From contig JAPEUD010000020.1 in the NCBI GenBank assembly GCA_026026165.1, positions 124,001-188,000 of the forward strand: a stretch of 64,000 bases of DNA, in the 5' to 3' direction. Made by a program: the position numbers and the translations under genes. The notes beneath the pieces were generated by a model that did no database searches, had not been told where the DNA came from, and saw only the letters and a list, made by a program, of their open reading frames with translations. Below are positions 36,201-50,171 of this stretch, piece after piece (within the stretch, counting starts at the first letter, position 1; each line of letters begins with the position of its first letter). Origin of the DNA: Sarea resinae (taxonomy: Eukaryota).

Positions 36201-36928
36201 CTTCTCCGCCCTTCTTTCTCTTTTTTAACCTTGGATCTCGCTATAGGGCATCACTAACACGAATTAACACTACAGAACCCAAGCCCCTCCTTCAGCCCGC
36301 GCAACTCCACACCTTGCTCTCGGCAATCGAATCCCTCTCCTCGCCATCACTATCCCCACGCCTCGTCTCGCAATGCCACGACTTCCTCGCCGCCACGCTC
36401 GCCGCCTCGCGCTCTTCCTCTGATTCATCCCAATCACCTCCACCCTCGCCCCGCGCCTTGATGCGCAAATCGCTGTCCTCGCTCACCAAGGCCTCGACGT
36501 CCGGCACCGCCGCCGCCGCTGGCTTCTCATGGAGCATGCTGGGCAGCGCCGACCTGTCCGCGTCCGCCGCATCCATGTCGTCTAGCCGTGCTGCAAATCG
36601 GGGTGCTGACGGTGCCACGGGCGAGGGCTCCGGTATCCTCGTCATGCCTCAGAACGGCACTCGTACCAGCAGCGGCGGCAACGGCGACAGTGGTGGTGGA
36701 GACGGTGAAATCAAACGCGCCTGGGACTGGCGCCGCGCCTTCCCCGACTCCGTTGACCCGTCTGCCCTTTCCTACTCTCGTGACGCCGATCCCGCGTCCG
36801 CGGCGGCGGCGCGGACGGCGCGTGCGGCGTACGACGTCGTGCGCGTCTTGCGTCTGGGCCTGTCGAGGGAGTTGGCGCGATTGTGGTCTGGGGCTGGGGC
36901 TAGGGCTGGAGCTGGGGTGAGGACGTGA
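33252..36928 (+). CDS. NUP85: Nucleoporin Nup85-like protein
   Basis: Disordered S/P-rich N-terminus, then NFWDILFSATVRG, QDWVEAAVALTAWW, EGWEIAIQVLGRL and YGGALFYYARAH. Introns at about 35637-35692 and 36195-36275. Confidence 0.75.
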
Positions 36929-36939
36929 CGTTTTCACTC

Positions 36940-37315
36940 GTGTGTGTGTGTGTGTGTGTCTGGATTGGGATTTGTGGGTTCGTGGGTTCGTGGATTTGTG
37001 GATTTGTGGATTTGGTTTGTTTGTTTAGCTATGGTAGGGTGGTGGTGGGGCTGTGAGTAAGATACGTCAGGGTAGGGTAGCTAGCTCGTTTCCGTGTGTA
37101 TAAGAAAAGGGGGAAAGGCAGGGTTTGCGGGAGCGGTGTCGGTCTGTTTTGTCTTGTCTTGTCTTTTCTCTCATTTGTTTTTCCCCTTTGTGTCTTTTCC
37201 ATCTTTCGGTCGGGCGTTCTCTTCTCTTCTCTTCTATTCTATTCTATTCTCTTCTATCTTACCTGTTCTACTTGTTCCTACTGACTGGTCCCTACCCGTC
37301 CTACTACCCTATAGG

Positions 37316-37350
<35 letters not shown>

Positions 37351-38020
37351 CGAAGGGAAAGAGAGTAAAATGGATCGGGTGTCGGAGATACAATCCAATT
37401 CAAATAGTGTTTACGCTTTCCCCCCCCCGCTTCCTCCGGTTCCCCACCGGGATCCTTGGTCATGATGGTGGTTTTGCACGTTGAGTCTGATTCTGATTTT
37501 GACCTTGGCATTGACATTGATTTTGATTTCGACTTTGATTTTGATCTCGATTCCGACTTTGAATTTGCATTTGCATTTGCACGCATGTTGACATTGATCA
37601 AGGCTTCTTATTTGGGTCGTGGTAATTGGGTGGATGGATGGATGGATGGATGGATGGATATCACTCCCTGTGACTCTCTGTGGTTCGGAAATGCGAAAGA
37701 TTTTACTATTTATACATCTATGTATGGGGGGCGCTCAGGTTGGGGACAACGAACGGGGTGGGGTGGGGTGGGATAGCTACAGATTTACAGATGATAGGTG
37801 ATAGGTGATGGATGACGGATGACGGATGAGGGACTGGACTGGACTGGAGATCTATGTGCGATTGTGTTTGTGGTTGTGATTGTGATTGTGATCGTCGCTG
37901 TTGATGGGATTTGCCATTTGTTATTTGTTATTTGTTATTTGTCATTGCTTTTGTCATTGTCTTTGTCATTGTCATTGTCATCTGAATTTTAATTGAATTT
38001 GAATTTGAATTGGTCATATG
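36940..38020. repeat. Microsatellite-rich convergent intergenic region: (TG)n, (GA)n, (GGAT)n, (GGACT)n, (TTTGTTA)n
   Basis: Read directly from the sequence. Confidence 0.85.
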
Positions 38021-38106
38021 TTATTTTTAAAGTGGTGGTTTGTCATTTGTGATTGGATTGGTGGTTTCTTGATTGTTATTGTGATTTGTTATCGGTGAAC
38101 GTATTG

Positions 38107-39133
38107 TTATTGAAGGTTTGCAAAGAGGCCGCCGTCGACGAGGAGTTGGGCGCCAGTCTGTTTCGGGGCCGAATGGAGAGGTGAGCGTTAGGACGGGCGC
38201 TGGTCTAGATATAGAGAGGTATAGGTGGAGGTTGATGCGGAGATGGAGATGAAAAGGGAGAGGGAGATGAAGAGAGCGAGGAAAACTAGACGGATGGACT
38301 GACCACATATCGAGACAGATCGCTGGCCAGAAAGACGGCCGGGCCCGCCAGATCATCCGGATCGCCCGTGCGGCCCAACGGGATCCGCGTCTCCATATCA
38401 CGCCTCTTGTCGTCGTCGTCCAGGTCCGCCGCGTTCAGGCGCGTCTTGATCGTGCCCGGCAGCAGCGCGTTGCAGCGGATCTGGTGCCGCCCCAGCGAGA
38501 TGGCGCACGACTGCATCAGGCTGAGGATGCCCGCCTTGGTCGGCGTGTAGTGCGTCTGCAGCCCGCCGCCGACGAGGGCCGAGATGGATGAGATGCCGAT
38601 GATGGAGCCGCCCGTGCCTTGCGAGGCCATTTGCCGTGCCGCGGCCTGCGTGGCGTAGAAGGCGCCGTCGAGATTGGTGCGCACGGTGCGGGAGTAGAGG
38701 TCTTGGTCGAGCCTGTGATTGTCGTGGTGTTCAGCCAAAAGCTCGCAGATTTCTTTTTTAGATTTTTTTTTTCTTTTGGCAGCAATGGCTGGAGGAGAAA
38801 AGCTCACGAGAGGAATTCGGCAAACTGGCAAACACCCGCATTACTGACAAAGATGTCCACCTTTCCGAATTGCTGCACCGCGCGGGCTATCAGTTCCTTG
38901 CCCGTTTCCGGCTGAGAAATGTCCCCCGCCACGCCGATGAGACGCGTGCGACACCACTCGTGATCTTTGATCTCTTCGTGTAAGGATTTGACGGCTTTTC
39001 GGGAGCTCTCGTCGTCCAGGTGGCTGATGGTGACATTGGCTCCTTGCGCGATGAACTCGGCCGCAATCGCACGGCCAATACCAGTAGCACCGCCTGTGAT
39101 CACGGCCGACTTTTCGGCCAGCAGAGCAGTCAT
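38107..39133 (-). CDS. lraA: L-rhamnose 1-dehydrogenase (SDR family)
   Basis: ITGGATGIGRAIA, VSNAGVCQFAEFL, SSISALVGGGLQTHYTPTKAG, RCNALLPGTI and TGAQLLVDGGLFANLQ*. These match fungal LRA1/RHA1. Two introns. Confidence 0.85.
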
Positions 39134-41070
39134 TTGAGTCATTTTGAATCGAGATTTAAACTTTTGAACAGATTGAAAAGTCGTGATGAGAGAGAATCAG
39201 CAGTAGGAAGTGGTTTTGCACGACTTGAGCACTTTGTCTTGAGATCATAAGATGAACATGGAGAAAAATATTGGCACATGGCCTATTACCACCAGGGCCA
39301 ATTACCACCAAAGCCTATTGCCACCAAGGACATCCCGAATACACTGAAGTTTGTCGCACAGCATAGCAAGTTGAGATAAAAATTTCCGAGCGCCACGATG
39401 TTTTCACTGTGGTGTAACTAGCATTTAGTCTGTAACGACAAAGCGCAAAAGGACCGATGCTTCGGGACGCAATTTCCGGACGCAGTGAAAAAAGTCAACT
39501 GTGTTGACAAAGGCGGTGTCGCACGACGAGGCACCGAGCCGAAACTTACCCCGCGGCCCCACGCTGAGTTCTCAAGGGGCGCCATTTCATGCGAAATTAA
39601 CGTCAGCAGGTGCCGTATGCTGGAGTGGAGTGCATAAGTTGATTGTCTGATCCGAAAATCGTCTTTTGTTATCGTATGCATGACCGGGTAGCCATACGGG
39701 TAACGTTATTTGCAAGAGCAACGGCAGCGCCGCGCGGAAAGAAAAACAACCTCGTCATCAGACGCTGCGTTCCTCCACATTATTCCTTCTGGCTTCTCTT
39801 GAGCAGGCTGCTGATTGGAAGCGGACTTGCAAAAGGTATGCCTCCTTGCTTGAGTGGCAGCTTGATGATCAGGCGGCTTGTGGATGTGCTCTCACGGGAA
39901 AAGGCTCTTCGACAGATTTAAACCCAAGGACCAGTAGGGGAGAAGCCCCGTCCAAAGCATGGTGAATAAGGTTGGTGTCTGGAGCGCAGGCATGAGCAAA
40001 GGCCATCCGTAACTCCGCCATCTCAACGACCAACATGGCGCTGGGCGAGAGCACCTTCAAGCCTGAGCAGCGGGACAGCTTCCAGCAGCCACAATGTAAA
40101 TGCTCGTCTGTGTCCTGATGGTTGCCAGACGAGGTATTTGAGTCGCTTGCGTCGGTCGACATCATCTGCAGTCAGGCATTCTTCTGAGAACGGTCCAACT
40201 CACGTCAGGGTGGAATGGTCACGAGCCTGAGGTTTGCATTGAGACCTTCGTGATGCCATCATCGAAAGATAAGGGCGGGTCTCACGCCGCATGTATGCTT
40301 GAGGCAATGAGAGCAGAGGACATCGATGGCCCTGCTCCTTCTCGAGGCCGAACCCTCGTCCATTGTTTGCCGTCGATTTGCTTTCGACTGAGGCATACCC
40401 TTTATAAGGTGGATAGTGAGAACGCTCGGTCCTTCTTGGCCAGCGTCAGTGATGCCTTCATCCGAAAGAGGACGGCGTTGAGAGTGAAGAGAAGGAATGC
40501 AGAGCAGAACGAGAGCGATGACAGATGATATAGAGATGGCTTCGGGCGTCTGCTATCTCTGGTGTTGTAGCTTCGTATCGTATCCGATCGTATCGTGGTA
40601 TCCAGAGGCGAGACCCCATGACGAGCCTGATTAGCCAGTCAAGAGAGATGAGTGCCAGTGTGTCGCCTCCATCTGGATGGAATTATGATAGATCACTCTC
40701 TCTCTCGGGGGCCGTGGTCGTGCCAGTTGTCATCCATCTGTGCATCTCGCGATGCGTTGATGCCAGTGGGGAATGGTAGAACGACGACTCTAACCTCCAT
40801 GATGTTAGCATCCGTCCATCAGAGTGGAGTCGCCCTTTGATCTCCTCTGATCTGGTCGGATCTGACAGTAGGAGAGCGAGAGCCCCACCCCCACTACGCA
40901 GAGTACGCCATCCTCGACTGTAGAGTACGACGAGTACTACGAGGACCCTCATCTCCCTCTGCTTTCATTCCTCCGACTCGCCGAGCTTCGGTTCAACGTT
41001 CTCCTCCATCCCCGAGAGCGACACGAGAATCGAGAGTCGCACAAGGGATACTTCGTCCTCTCCCCGCGCC

Positions 41071-43873
41071 ATGGACCGTAATGGCCAACCTGCCGCCAAC
41101 GCATCCCTCGTCCACTCCCCTCAGCTCGGGCGGCATTCGAGCCAATTGAGCGCTGACCGTGCCGGCAAGACCGAGCCGACAGAGAGCCCTCAGGGCAGTT
41201 GGAGCGGGGATGAGAGCGGCGCAGAGGGCTACCAGGACGACTCCCGCAAGAGGAGGCGTCCCATGTCCGTGTCGTGAGTGCAGACCTCTGGCCCGACCCT
41301 GCACGAAGTCGCCGTTCACGTTGCTGATTCTATATAGCTGCGAGTTGTGCAAACAGAGAAAAGTACGTCTGCAATGCGTCTGAGAGCCTGGCCGTCCACT
41401 AACCGCCCTCGAGGTGAAATGCGATCGCGGCCAGCCTTCCTGCGGCTGGTGCTCCCGCAACCGTCAGTCGATCCCTCCGATTCACTGCATGATGGATCTG
41501 CCATCCTAATCACATGTGCGCACAGATCAGAGATGCGAATACAAGGAACGGAAGAAGCCAGGCTTACGGGCGGGCTACGGGCGAGAGCTGGAACAACGAC
41601 TTGGTACTGGCGCACCTTCTTCTCTTCTTACCAGCGTGATGGTATTCTGATCCTTCCTCTAGATCGCCTAGAAGAAGTCCTCCAGCGGCATGATCGCATC
41701 CTCGACGGGCAATGGGCCAACAATGGGGCGCAGAACAGCCAGTCTGCACCGAAACTAGAATCGCCCGCCTTCTCATCCCCGCCCATCCATTCTGCCCACG
41801 TCCCAAGGGCGGAAGCCGCTCTGTTTTTGCAGAAGCCGTCAGCATTTTCCGGCAGCCAAACTCATTCTTCGGGTCTGTCAGACTACAAAGGGTCGATTGA
41901 ACCACCGCCAACTACGCTACCCACATCGAACGGTTTCCACCAGCCGACGGCAGCTGATTCTCTTCGCCGTCAAGCTCTACCGGGCGGATTTCAGACCCCG
42001 CAGACCTTCTACTCGCATGGCAATCCGGGATTAGAGTCTCCCAGCATGACTTCTCAGAACGGTCCTCCGCCGTTCCGCTCTCAGAGCCAAGGCCTCCCTC
42101 CGTATGACATTCTTTGGGCCTTGGCGGACCTATATTTCAAACACATCAATACCTGGTGTCCTATTCTACACCGAAAGTCAAGTCTGGAGACCCTGTTCAA
42201 TAATACGCTGGAGGCTGACGAGATACTTCTGCACGCTATCGTGGCAACTACACTTCGGTTTTCCACGGACCCACAATTGGATGAGGCTTCTCGGAAACGA
42301 TACCATGATCATTCGAAGCAGAGGGTCTTACTGTATGGTATGGAGAATTCTTCGGTCAAGGCTCTCCAAGCCCTTGTCATTCTAGCTTTGGACTTCATCG
42401 GAACGTCCAACGGTCCGCCGGGATGGAATCTTCTAGCTTTGATCACTCGTTCAGCAGTGCAACTGGGGCTAGCGGTGGAAACCACATCTTCCCTGGTATC
42501 GCCTGATGTCGCATCTATCTACACGCTCAGGGCTATGGTCCTCCCAGATCCACGAAGCTGGATTGAAGATGAAAGTCGACGAAGGCTATTCTGGATGATC
42601 TACTTGCTGGACCGATATACAACCATATCGACTGCTTTTGAGTTTGCTCTTGATGAGAAAGAAATCGATCGGAAGCTGCCATGCCGAGAAGATCTCTTCG
42701 CACGAAACCAGTCTTTGGAGACGCGATGGTTTCGGACTGCAAAACGAACGGATTACAGTCTCAACAAGCCTGAAAATCTCGGTGCCTTTGCGTACTACAT
42801 TGAAATACTTGGAATCCTCTCTTCGATTCATCAGTTTCTCAAAAAGCCCGTGGATATTTGTGCTCACTCGGACGTTGGGAGATGGAAGTCAGAGTACAGA
42901 AAGCTCGACAGTGTGCTGGAAAATTGGAAAAATGGACTTCCATGTGAATACTCTGATGTTTCTCGACTCAATCCTTCGAGCACCACTAAGGTCAACTGTG
43001 GATGGGTGATGCTGCATGCCACATATCATACGTAAGTCTGTTCCGTTTGTAGCACATCTTCTCATCAGATTTGCTCGCCATGAGCGGGATTCTTGCGCGC
43101 AAGGGACTTTTCATGCGGCTGAAAGTCCTAGGCTAGTTGTGGTATTGATGTGTATCTGACACCCTTGCAGGACAGTCATTCGGCTTCATTCGTCAGCAGC
43201 ATATCCCACCACAGTATCGTCAATTTTCAGGCCCTCTGTGAGCGCAAGTCAGAGATGTCGCAATGCCGTCCGAGCACTTGGCTCCCTTGGTCAGTATGTA
43301 GTCGACGACCGCATGCTCAAGAACCTCGGGCCTCCGTTCGCCTTCACGTTGTGGGTCGCGGCTCGGGTCCTGCTCGTGCATGGCTCAACGATCGAGCAGC
43401 AAGTCAGCCCAGAGATCCATTTCTTCGTGGACACTCTTCGTGAAATGGGAAAATACTGGGCCGTAGCGGAGCGGTACACGACCATCCTCCAACGGGTTCT
43501 CGACGAATACCGCGATTCGCAACGAGCGGCGAACGCGGATGGGACGCACGAAACGCCCGACAGCGTCCAGATCCTCGCCGACATGCGGCGCTGTGCGTAC
43601 GACTTGGATTTCCTGATCTCTAGGCAGCCCGAGTATCGGTCGTCCAACCTCGCACCCGCCCTTCCAGCTCACATGCCGGCCCAGAATGAATACGAGCAGT
43701 TGGAATGCTTCGGTTTCTTCAACCAGCCGAACGCGTCGGTGCCGTTGGATGGGTCGGCGAATCAGCACATCAACGGTAATGCCGGCGTCGACAATCTGCA
43801 GATGCCTATCGTCACTACGGGCAATTACTTCACGGCCAATTTCCCCTACGATGCCAATACCGATTGGCTCTAA
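41071..43873 (+). CDS. Zn(II)2Cys6 transcription factor with fungal-specific TF domain (candidate RhaR/TRC1-type rhamnose regulator)
   Basis: Spliced CELCKQRKVKCDRGQPSCGWCSRNHQRC, then ESRRRLFWMIYLLDR. Transcribed divergently from lraA. Confidence 0.88.
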
Positions 43874-46800
43874 GCCAACTACTCTATATGAGCTGGGCAA
43901 CAACAACTTACTTTGGTATCCCCTTCAACAACTCTCTTCCGCCGGCGAGCGGATGAGACATCAACGACAGCCTTTTTTACTTGAATAAAGCAACATCTGA
44001 ACATTTCCGGTTTCTTCACATTTCGGGGGTGAGCGAGGATCGAGTATTTCGCATCAATCAAGCAAGCAAGCCGGGTAGGGTTCGGTGGGCACCTTTGACT
44101 AAATCCTTGTCTTTATCACCACCAACTATCTCGGGGGATTGCATATATTAGCTGTTATATATGGTCGGGGCTCGTTGATAGTTTCCTTTTGGTTTTTCTT
44201 TCCGTTTGCGACTTCCGCTATAGATCCGGTATACCCCACCCCTTTTTGTAAGCCACCAATGGAGACATGGCATCGTCTCGGTAGCATTTCTATGGTATCT
44301 TGTTAGTAGTCTTCGGGGCTGCTGTCGAATGGAATGAACAGGAATTGGCTGAACTTGACTGTCAAGCGGACTGAACTGAATTGGACTGTACGAGGTGTTA
44401 CGGATGGAATGGAATGGAAAAGAGGGTAGCTGTTTGATCCTGTAGGTGAGTGAGGTAGGCAGGTGTAAGTCCTAGGCAGTGGAGGTTACTCCGGTGTTAG
44501 GTGTCAGCACCGACGAGCTCCAGAGCAGAGCAGAGCAGAGCAGCGCGGCGCTGCGCTGGAGAGCACAGCCGCAGCTCGGTAGAGGTTGGTGGGCACTACT
44601 AAAGTATTCTCACCTAAGGTAGATTAGTAGTAGTAGGTAGCCCTGGGTCCTGCAGGTAGCCCCTTGGTACCTAGGGTCTACCTTAGGCACCATCAGCCAT
44701 CAGCCCTGATCCACCAGCCACTGTCGAGAGTCTGCACAGGAATCACCGTGGACTTAATCGATGATGGCGGTCAACGTCGTTGACACCAATGGACGGGCTG
44801 TCGCTAGAGCCTCAACGAGGACGTGCGCCAGCCACTCCATCCTCCCATGCTGTCGAAAAGGAATCATGGACCCTGAGATGGTGGTGGTGTAGAGTTGAGT
44901 AGTGCTGCTGCTGGACACCCACCGCCCGAACCACCGGACTCTAGGCGGTGAGGAAAGAAACCTCGGACCCCCCTTCGCCCTGAGAATGGCCACCTACCTC
45001 GCTAGCTAAGGCACGAAGTACCTAGCAGGTGGGGTGGTGGGGAAGGGAGGAGGCAGGGCAGTGTCGTGACTCCCGTCCCAGGGTCTTCTTTCTCTCGGGG
45101 CAGACCGAGGAGTGCTCGGGGGCCCCGTTCGAGACCCTACATAGTAGAGGGGAAAGCTTTGCGGACGTTAGACGGACGTTAGACGGATTTTGGATTCGTC
45201 GAGGGAATAGTATCGGCGTTAGTAGGTACTAAGGTAATAATACTGTCAGGTACGGTGTAGCCTCGAGTACCTAAGGTAAGGTAGGTAGGTAGGTAGGTAG
45301 GTAGGTACCTTACTTTAGAGCGGCAGATGGCACTGTTGTGGTCGCTGTGGTTGTGGCTACGTCGCCTTATACTATACTTAGAGTGGCCCGAGATGAGTTA
45401 CAGTAGTAGGTTACCTAGGAGGGTCCGGTGATGCTGGATACGATGATAGCATCGGATATGATATCAGATACGACGGTCAACTGCTTCGGTAGCTACTGTA
45501 GGTACGTAGGTGATGACGGTGGTATGAGTAAGGTTTAAGAATAGCTGAGGACAATTAGGGCGAATAGCTACCTATGCTTGGAGGGCGGGCGGTTGAGATG
45601 ACCGAGGACGATTGGCAAAGTGAGGCTTCCTCTGCTCCAGCTACAGGACTTTCACGAGAAAGTTGGCAACATTGAATGGATTATCATGAGGAGCTGGCTG
45701 CTAATAAAAGTACCGTCTACGGTAGGACACCCCTCGGTATGAGGTTGATGCGCCATTATTGTCCCCGACTTCATCTGTTTTGGAGAGTCAGCAAGGTAGT
45801 ACGTCGGCCGTTGTAATGTCCCACGTTTCAATGGCATGGACGACGTTTCGTCAGGGTCAGGGAGATGATCTCGGGTGCGGGTGCGGGTGCGGATGCGTAT
45901 TGTCGTACCCATGCGTGGGTGACTACCAATTACAGTGCATTCGTCATTCCAGAGCATGGAGATATCATTGTAGGTCTCGAGACAACATTATTCATGACAC
46001 TGTAGATATGGTAGATGAAAGAGTATCAGACTATTTCTACACGGTCGCAATGAGCAATTACAAATCACGGCGGTCAAACAGAGTTGAGAGGCCGATTTGT
46101 CAACCCTTCAGGCGTCCAACGTAATTCTCGTTCAATGTTGTTGCTGTTGCTATTGCGGTTGCGGTTGCTGCTGTCGTTTCAGTCGCACAGAAATGTGATC
46201 ACGACGGGAATCTCGAAAAGATGAATCACAGATCATCGTTGACGGTTCGTATTCGTCATCCAGTCCAGACATGCCTGCTCGCCGCGCGCTCACACAGCTC
46301 GTGGTGCTTTCAAATACGACCTGTTCAGGTGAGATGGATGGAGAATAATCGAATAATCAGATCCTCTCGATCGATCGCACCAGGTAGGTAGATAGATGCC
46401 TTGGGGACCTGGGTAAGAGTGGTGGTGTTGGAGATGAGTAGATGCGATTTACCCTTTCTGTGCGGCTCGTCGTCATCTTCGATGATCGTGATTGTATCAT
46501 AATGACTCGGCATTCAGGGCATCAGGAACCTGTGGCTCACGCCCTACTCCCTTGGGTACTCCTTGCGACTTGGGGCTCAAGGCTGGTCGTGCTGCGCCCC
46601 TCCCCAGTGGGCTCCCCTGGCCCCTCGGCCCTCTGGACTGCCCCTGCGCTCGTCAAAGGCGGCAGTCGAGACTAAAGCGGTATTCCCTCACTCTATCGGG
46701 CTCATCTCCTAACATCCCCCCCCCCACCACCGCCTTTGACCGAATCTTACGGAGTCGAGCTTACTACTATGATGACTAGCAGCTCCTAATGCGATTCCGA

Positions 46801-47813
46801 GCCCCCAATAATAGTCACGTTTCCTCCCATCCTTAGGCATCCTCTGCGACCGACCCGCGCGAACAGAGTAAGTACGACTAACCACGACCTCCGCTACCAT
46901 GACTACCGCTGCACGCTTGTCACCCTTGCATATCCGCAAGGCTCAGCCCGAGCAGCGGATGTTCTGCCGTTTTGATGATTCAGATCCGCGCCCTTGGCTC
47001 GAGCTGAGCTCGTCAATCGCACCACGGTAGCCTGGGACCACATCGTAGACCCCCCTGGTCCCTTTCATCATCATTCGCGCTCCCATTCTGCCTCATGCAC
47101 GATACCCGCAGGCTTGATCGACCGTTGAAAATCCGAAGCCGCGGTTCTAAACACATGGGATGATGTTTTGGCCCAAACGAGCCGCCTAACCAGAAGAGCG
47201 ACACCGTGTTGGCGTGCTGGGTGGTGCCTGATCTGCTCGATACGAAAGCTGAGGCTCGTTCGGCGACCGCGCGCGACTGAGGTTGAGAGCACTCATCTAA
47301 GCTGAGCTTGGGGCCTGGGGCCTGGGGCCCGGCCCCAGCAGACGACGACTCACATGGCTGGCCGATGCAGTCATACGTGCTCCTTTACCAACTCTCCTAC
47401 TAATCAACTAGACTTTCAAGGGAGTCTGTCTGCCTTTTGCTCTCTCTCCGAATTTGCCCATGTCTATTCTAATGCGAGCTTGCTGACCTCCGTCGTGCGT
47501 CTATCTTATCGGTGCCTAGATGCCTTGTAGGGCATACAACAATCTACGGCCGTTCCCTTCCGATTTTTCCAGGTTGCTGTCTGAGGTGAGGTGTCTCTCT
47601 CAATATATTTAATCATAGCTACGCCGCCTGATTTCAGAACTAAGTTTCGAGTTTCCCATTCTTCTTCTCATTCTCGTTTCACTTCCTCACGTCCAGTCTA
47701 GCCTAAACGGTTTAATTCCTTGTTCCATCGAGACATTCTTGCTCTCGAATTTCTAGTGTCGATTCATCCTCACATCGAGTCTCATCACTGTCAGTCTATA
47801 AGCATCGCCCAGC

Positions 47814-48062
47814 ATGTGTTATCAACTAGTCGAGCGTTACTCGGTCTGTCGGTGCCTCTACTACCGCCACGCCGTCGACCCCTGCCCCGCAGCCCATCAA
47901 CGCGGTCACTACGTTCAGGAGAAGACGGTACTGGTGGGGTTTGCCTGCTCTGACCACTCGTCACGGCGACGAGAGAATCCGTCTAGCGCCAGCCGCGGAG
48001 GCCAATCGGACTCTGGCTATTCAAGTGGAGCCTATCAGTACATGTCATCTCGCGGCTATTGA
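47814..48062 (+). CDS. Small Cys/His-rich hypothetical protein (82 aa)
   Basis: MCYQLVERYSVCRCLYYRHAVDPC...GHYVQEKTVLVGFACSDHS resembles a conserved small Pezizomycotina family from memory. The leader is pyrimidine-rich with an upstream TATA-like site (about 47604). Confidence 0.7.
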   Translation: MCYQLVERYSVCRCLYYRHAVDPCPAAHQRGHYVQEKTVLVGFACSDHSSRRRENPSSASRGGQSDSGYSSGAYQYMSSRGY

Positions 48063-50171
48063 CCGCCTTCATCTCACGAGGATGGATCTTCCCCGTCGCT
48101 TGACAGTGACGCTTCACGAGACCAGCACCATCGTCATCTATCTTATCAATCCGTCATTTTTCTCGGTCTTAGTGCCTACGCCGCGCTCCTCGAAAACACC
48201 CAACCGCATCCCCATCTACGTGCCGAGCATGTATCCACATCCTCGCGCATGACTGAAGCGCAGCGCACTTCTACACGTGCCGTCGACCTGATTTTAGATG
48301 CAGCGCATCGACTGGTCCTCCATTCCTCCCCTCTACATCACGAACGCAAACATGTCGGGCGTCTCAACAGGACTGAGACCAAGACCACGAAGTCATGACA
48401 AGTCTAGTCATCTCAGGCAGGACCGAGACAGGACCAGGGCGGTCATGGACCTCTATGCAAGACGTGAATGAAAATGAAAATGAGGAGACATCGAGAATGG
48501 GTACGAGCATAACGGCAACTAGGAGCACGAATGGATGAATGAATGAATGGGTGGACGATGATGAACCATCTGCTGTTCCAACCCTTTTTCGCGCTCTGCT
48601 CAACGCATTTGTTTATCTGTTGGAGCCGCTGTTGCAGGCAACAGGAATACAAGAGATTCCATCCTGTTTCGTACGACAGCAGAGTTTGGCCTGCATGGCC
48701 AGGCATCGAGATATTTTTCCGTTTTGTTGTTATACTGCGAGCGTTCTAGCGATGGGCACGGGCACGGGCATGGGCATGGGCATGCGGGACATGAGCATGG
48801 GATACGGGATACGGGCACAGGGGAAAAAAAGACGGGTTTTCTTACATTTTATATTCTTCCGGCGCTTGATTGCGTCCCTATGGATGATTCGATCTGTTCC
48901 GGGTCCGAGACCGAACTGACTGGTTGGCTATCCTGCTTTTGCTCTGTTTCCTTTGTCTTCATTTTTCTTTTCTTGCGGTTGGTTCACTCGGGCTGATTGT
49001 CTCGCGGGTTTTCTTCAGCGTTGTGAGATTCGCAAGGGTTCATGAGGCAAGCGAGCTTTTCTATCTGTTCATGTTATCTGATGTACCTGCCTGTCTGCTA
49101 TCCGCCGTGTTTCTCCCTTTTTCTCTTTCTCTTGGGCTCTCGGGTTTCTTATCTTCCCCTGGCGGGACTTATTATCTACTCTTATTTCCACGCTGGTTGG
49201 CGTCCTCTTGACTAGAATTGAGTGACTTGATGACCTGATGACTTGACCTGACTTGACTTGGCTCGGTCCCTGGCCCTAGACCTTTTACTCTCTCATCTAC
49301 ATCGGTTGATTTGATTGTAGCATACTCGTAGACCATGGTATGTATGCTATTATAGATACGCATGCGCCCATGTGACCGCTTATGTTAGTTGGAAAGAATA
49401 TACATTGCCAGCTTTCTTCCTTGTAGCTTTGAGCATTCACATAAGACATGCTCAGATCGGATGCACGCTATCCGTACACAGTAGTGTGATGTGCGGTGGT
49501 GGGGAAGTGGTGGGGATTTGATATTGCTGGTGTTGTCTTACCATTGCTTGGTACTCTGATCACTTCACACTAGGCACGGCGGGGCAATCCAAGGGTTCCC
49601 GCGTCCCCGCCATCTCGCGTGTCTCGGTGGTGTTTGCCCGAGCGAGGGGTCGCGCGTGCGACGGATGATGCAATCAAGAGTCAACAGAATCGCTCTAGTC
49701 GTAATTCGTCGCGCATAAAGGGTCATTATTGTATCATCACCATCCATCGGGTGCGTCCACGCCCACGTTTACGGCCACGTCTACGCCTACGTCTACGCCT
49801 ACGTCTACTCTGACAGTCTGACGGGGGGTTCTTTCTCCGTATCTGCTCTTTGGACCAGCGCATTAGATAATCCTGCCCTGCCCTCCCCTCCCCTTCCCCG
49901 CCCCCGCCGTGGCCCCGCCATGGGCAGTCCGTTGGTAGCCAGTGGAGTAGCCCCTCCCTGCTTTTTGAGAAATCTCTTATCTGCACATCGGGTGCTCTTC
50001 TTCTTCTCTTGATCATCATGAGTACCCCTTTGCTTTTCATCCCATAGCTTCCCTTGGCTTGTTGTCGTTGTCGTTATCGTTGTCATTATCTTTATTCTGC
50101 TCGGACAGGAGCCCTCTACTGCATGCACTCCTGGGACAGAGTACGATTAGATACGATACGAACGATACAAG

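Noticed and set aside
23490..36928. Functional cluster of mitosis or microtubule genes (coiled-coil protein, ADIP/Msd1, Nup85)
   Set aside because: It is interrupted by an ADH and shows no shared motifs. Adjacency alone is not evidence.
39143..41070. Remnants of LRA2/LRA3, or CGG-N11-CCG RhaR sites, between lraA and the TF
   Set aside because: The short ORFs show no enolase or amidohydrolase motifs. The nearest CGG/CCG pairs I counted have N10 spacing (about 39463) or N12 spacing (aldolase promoter, about 49822).
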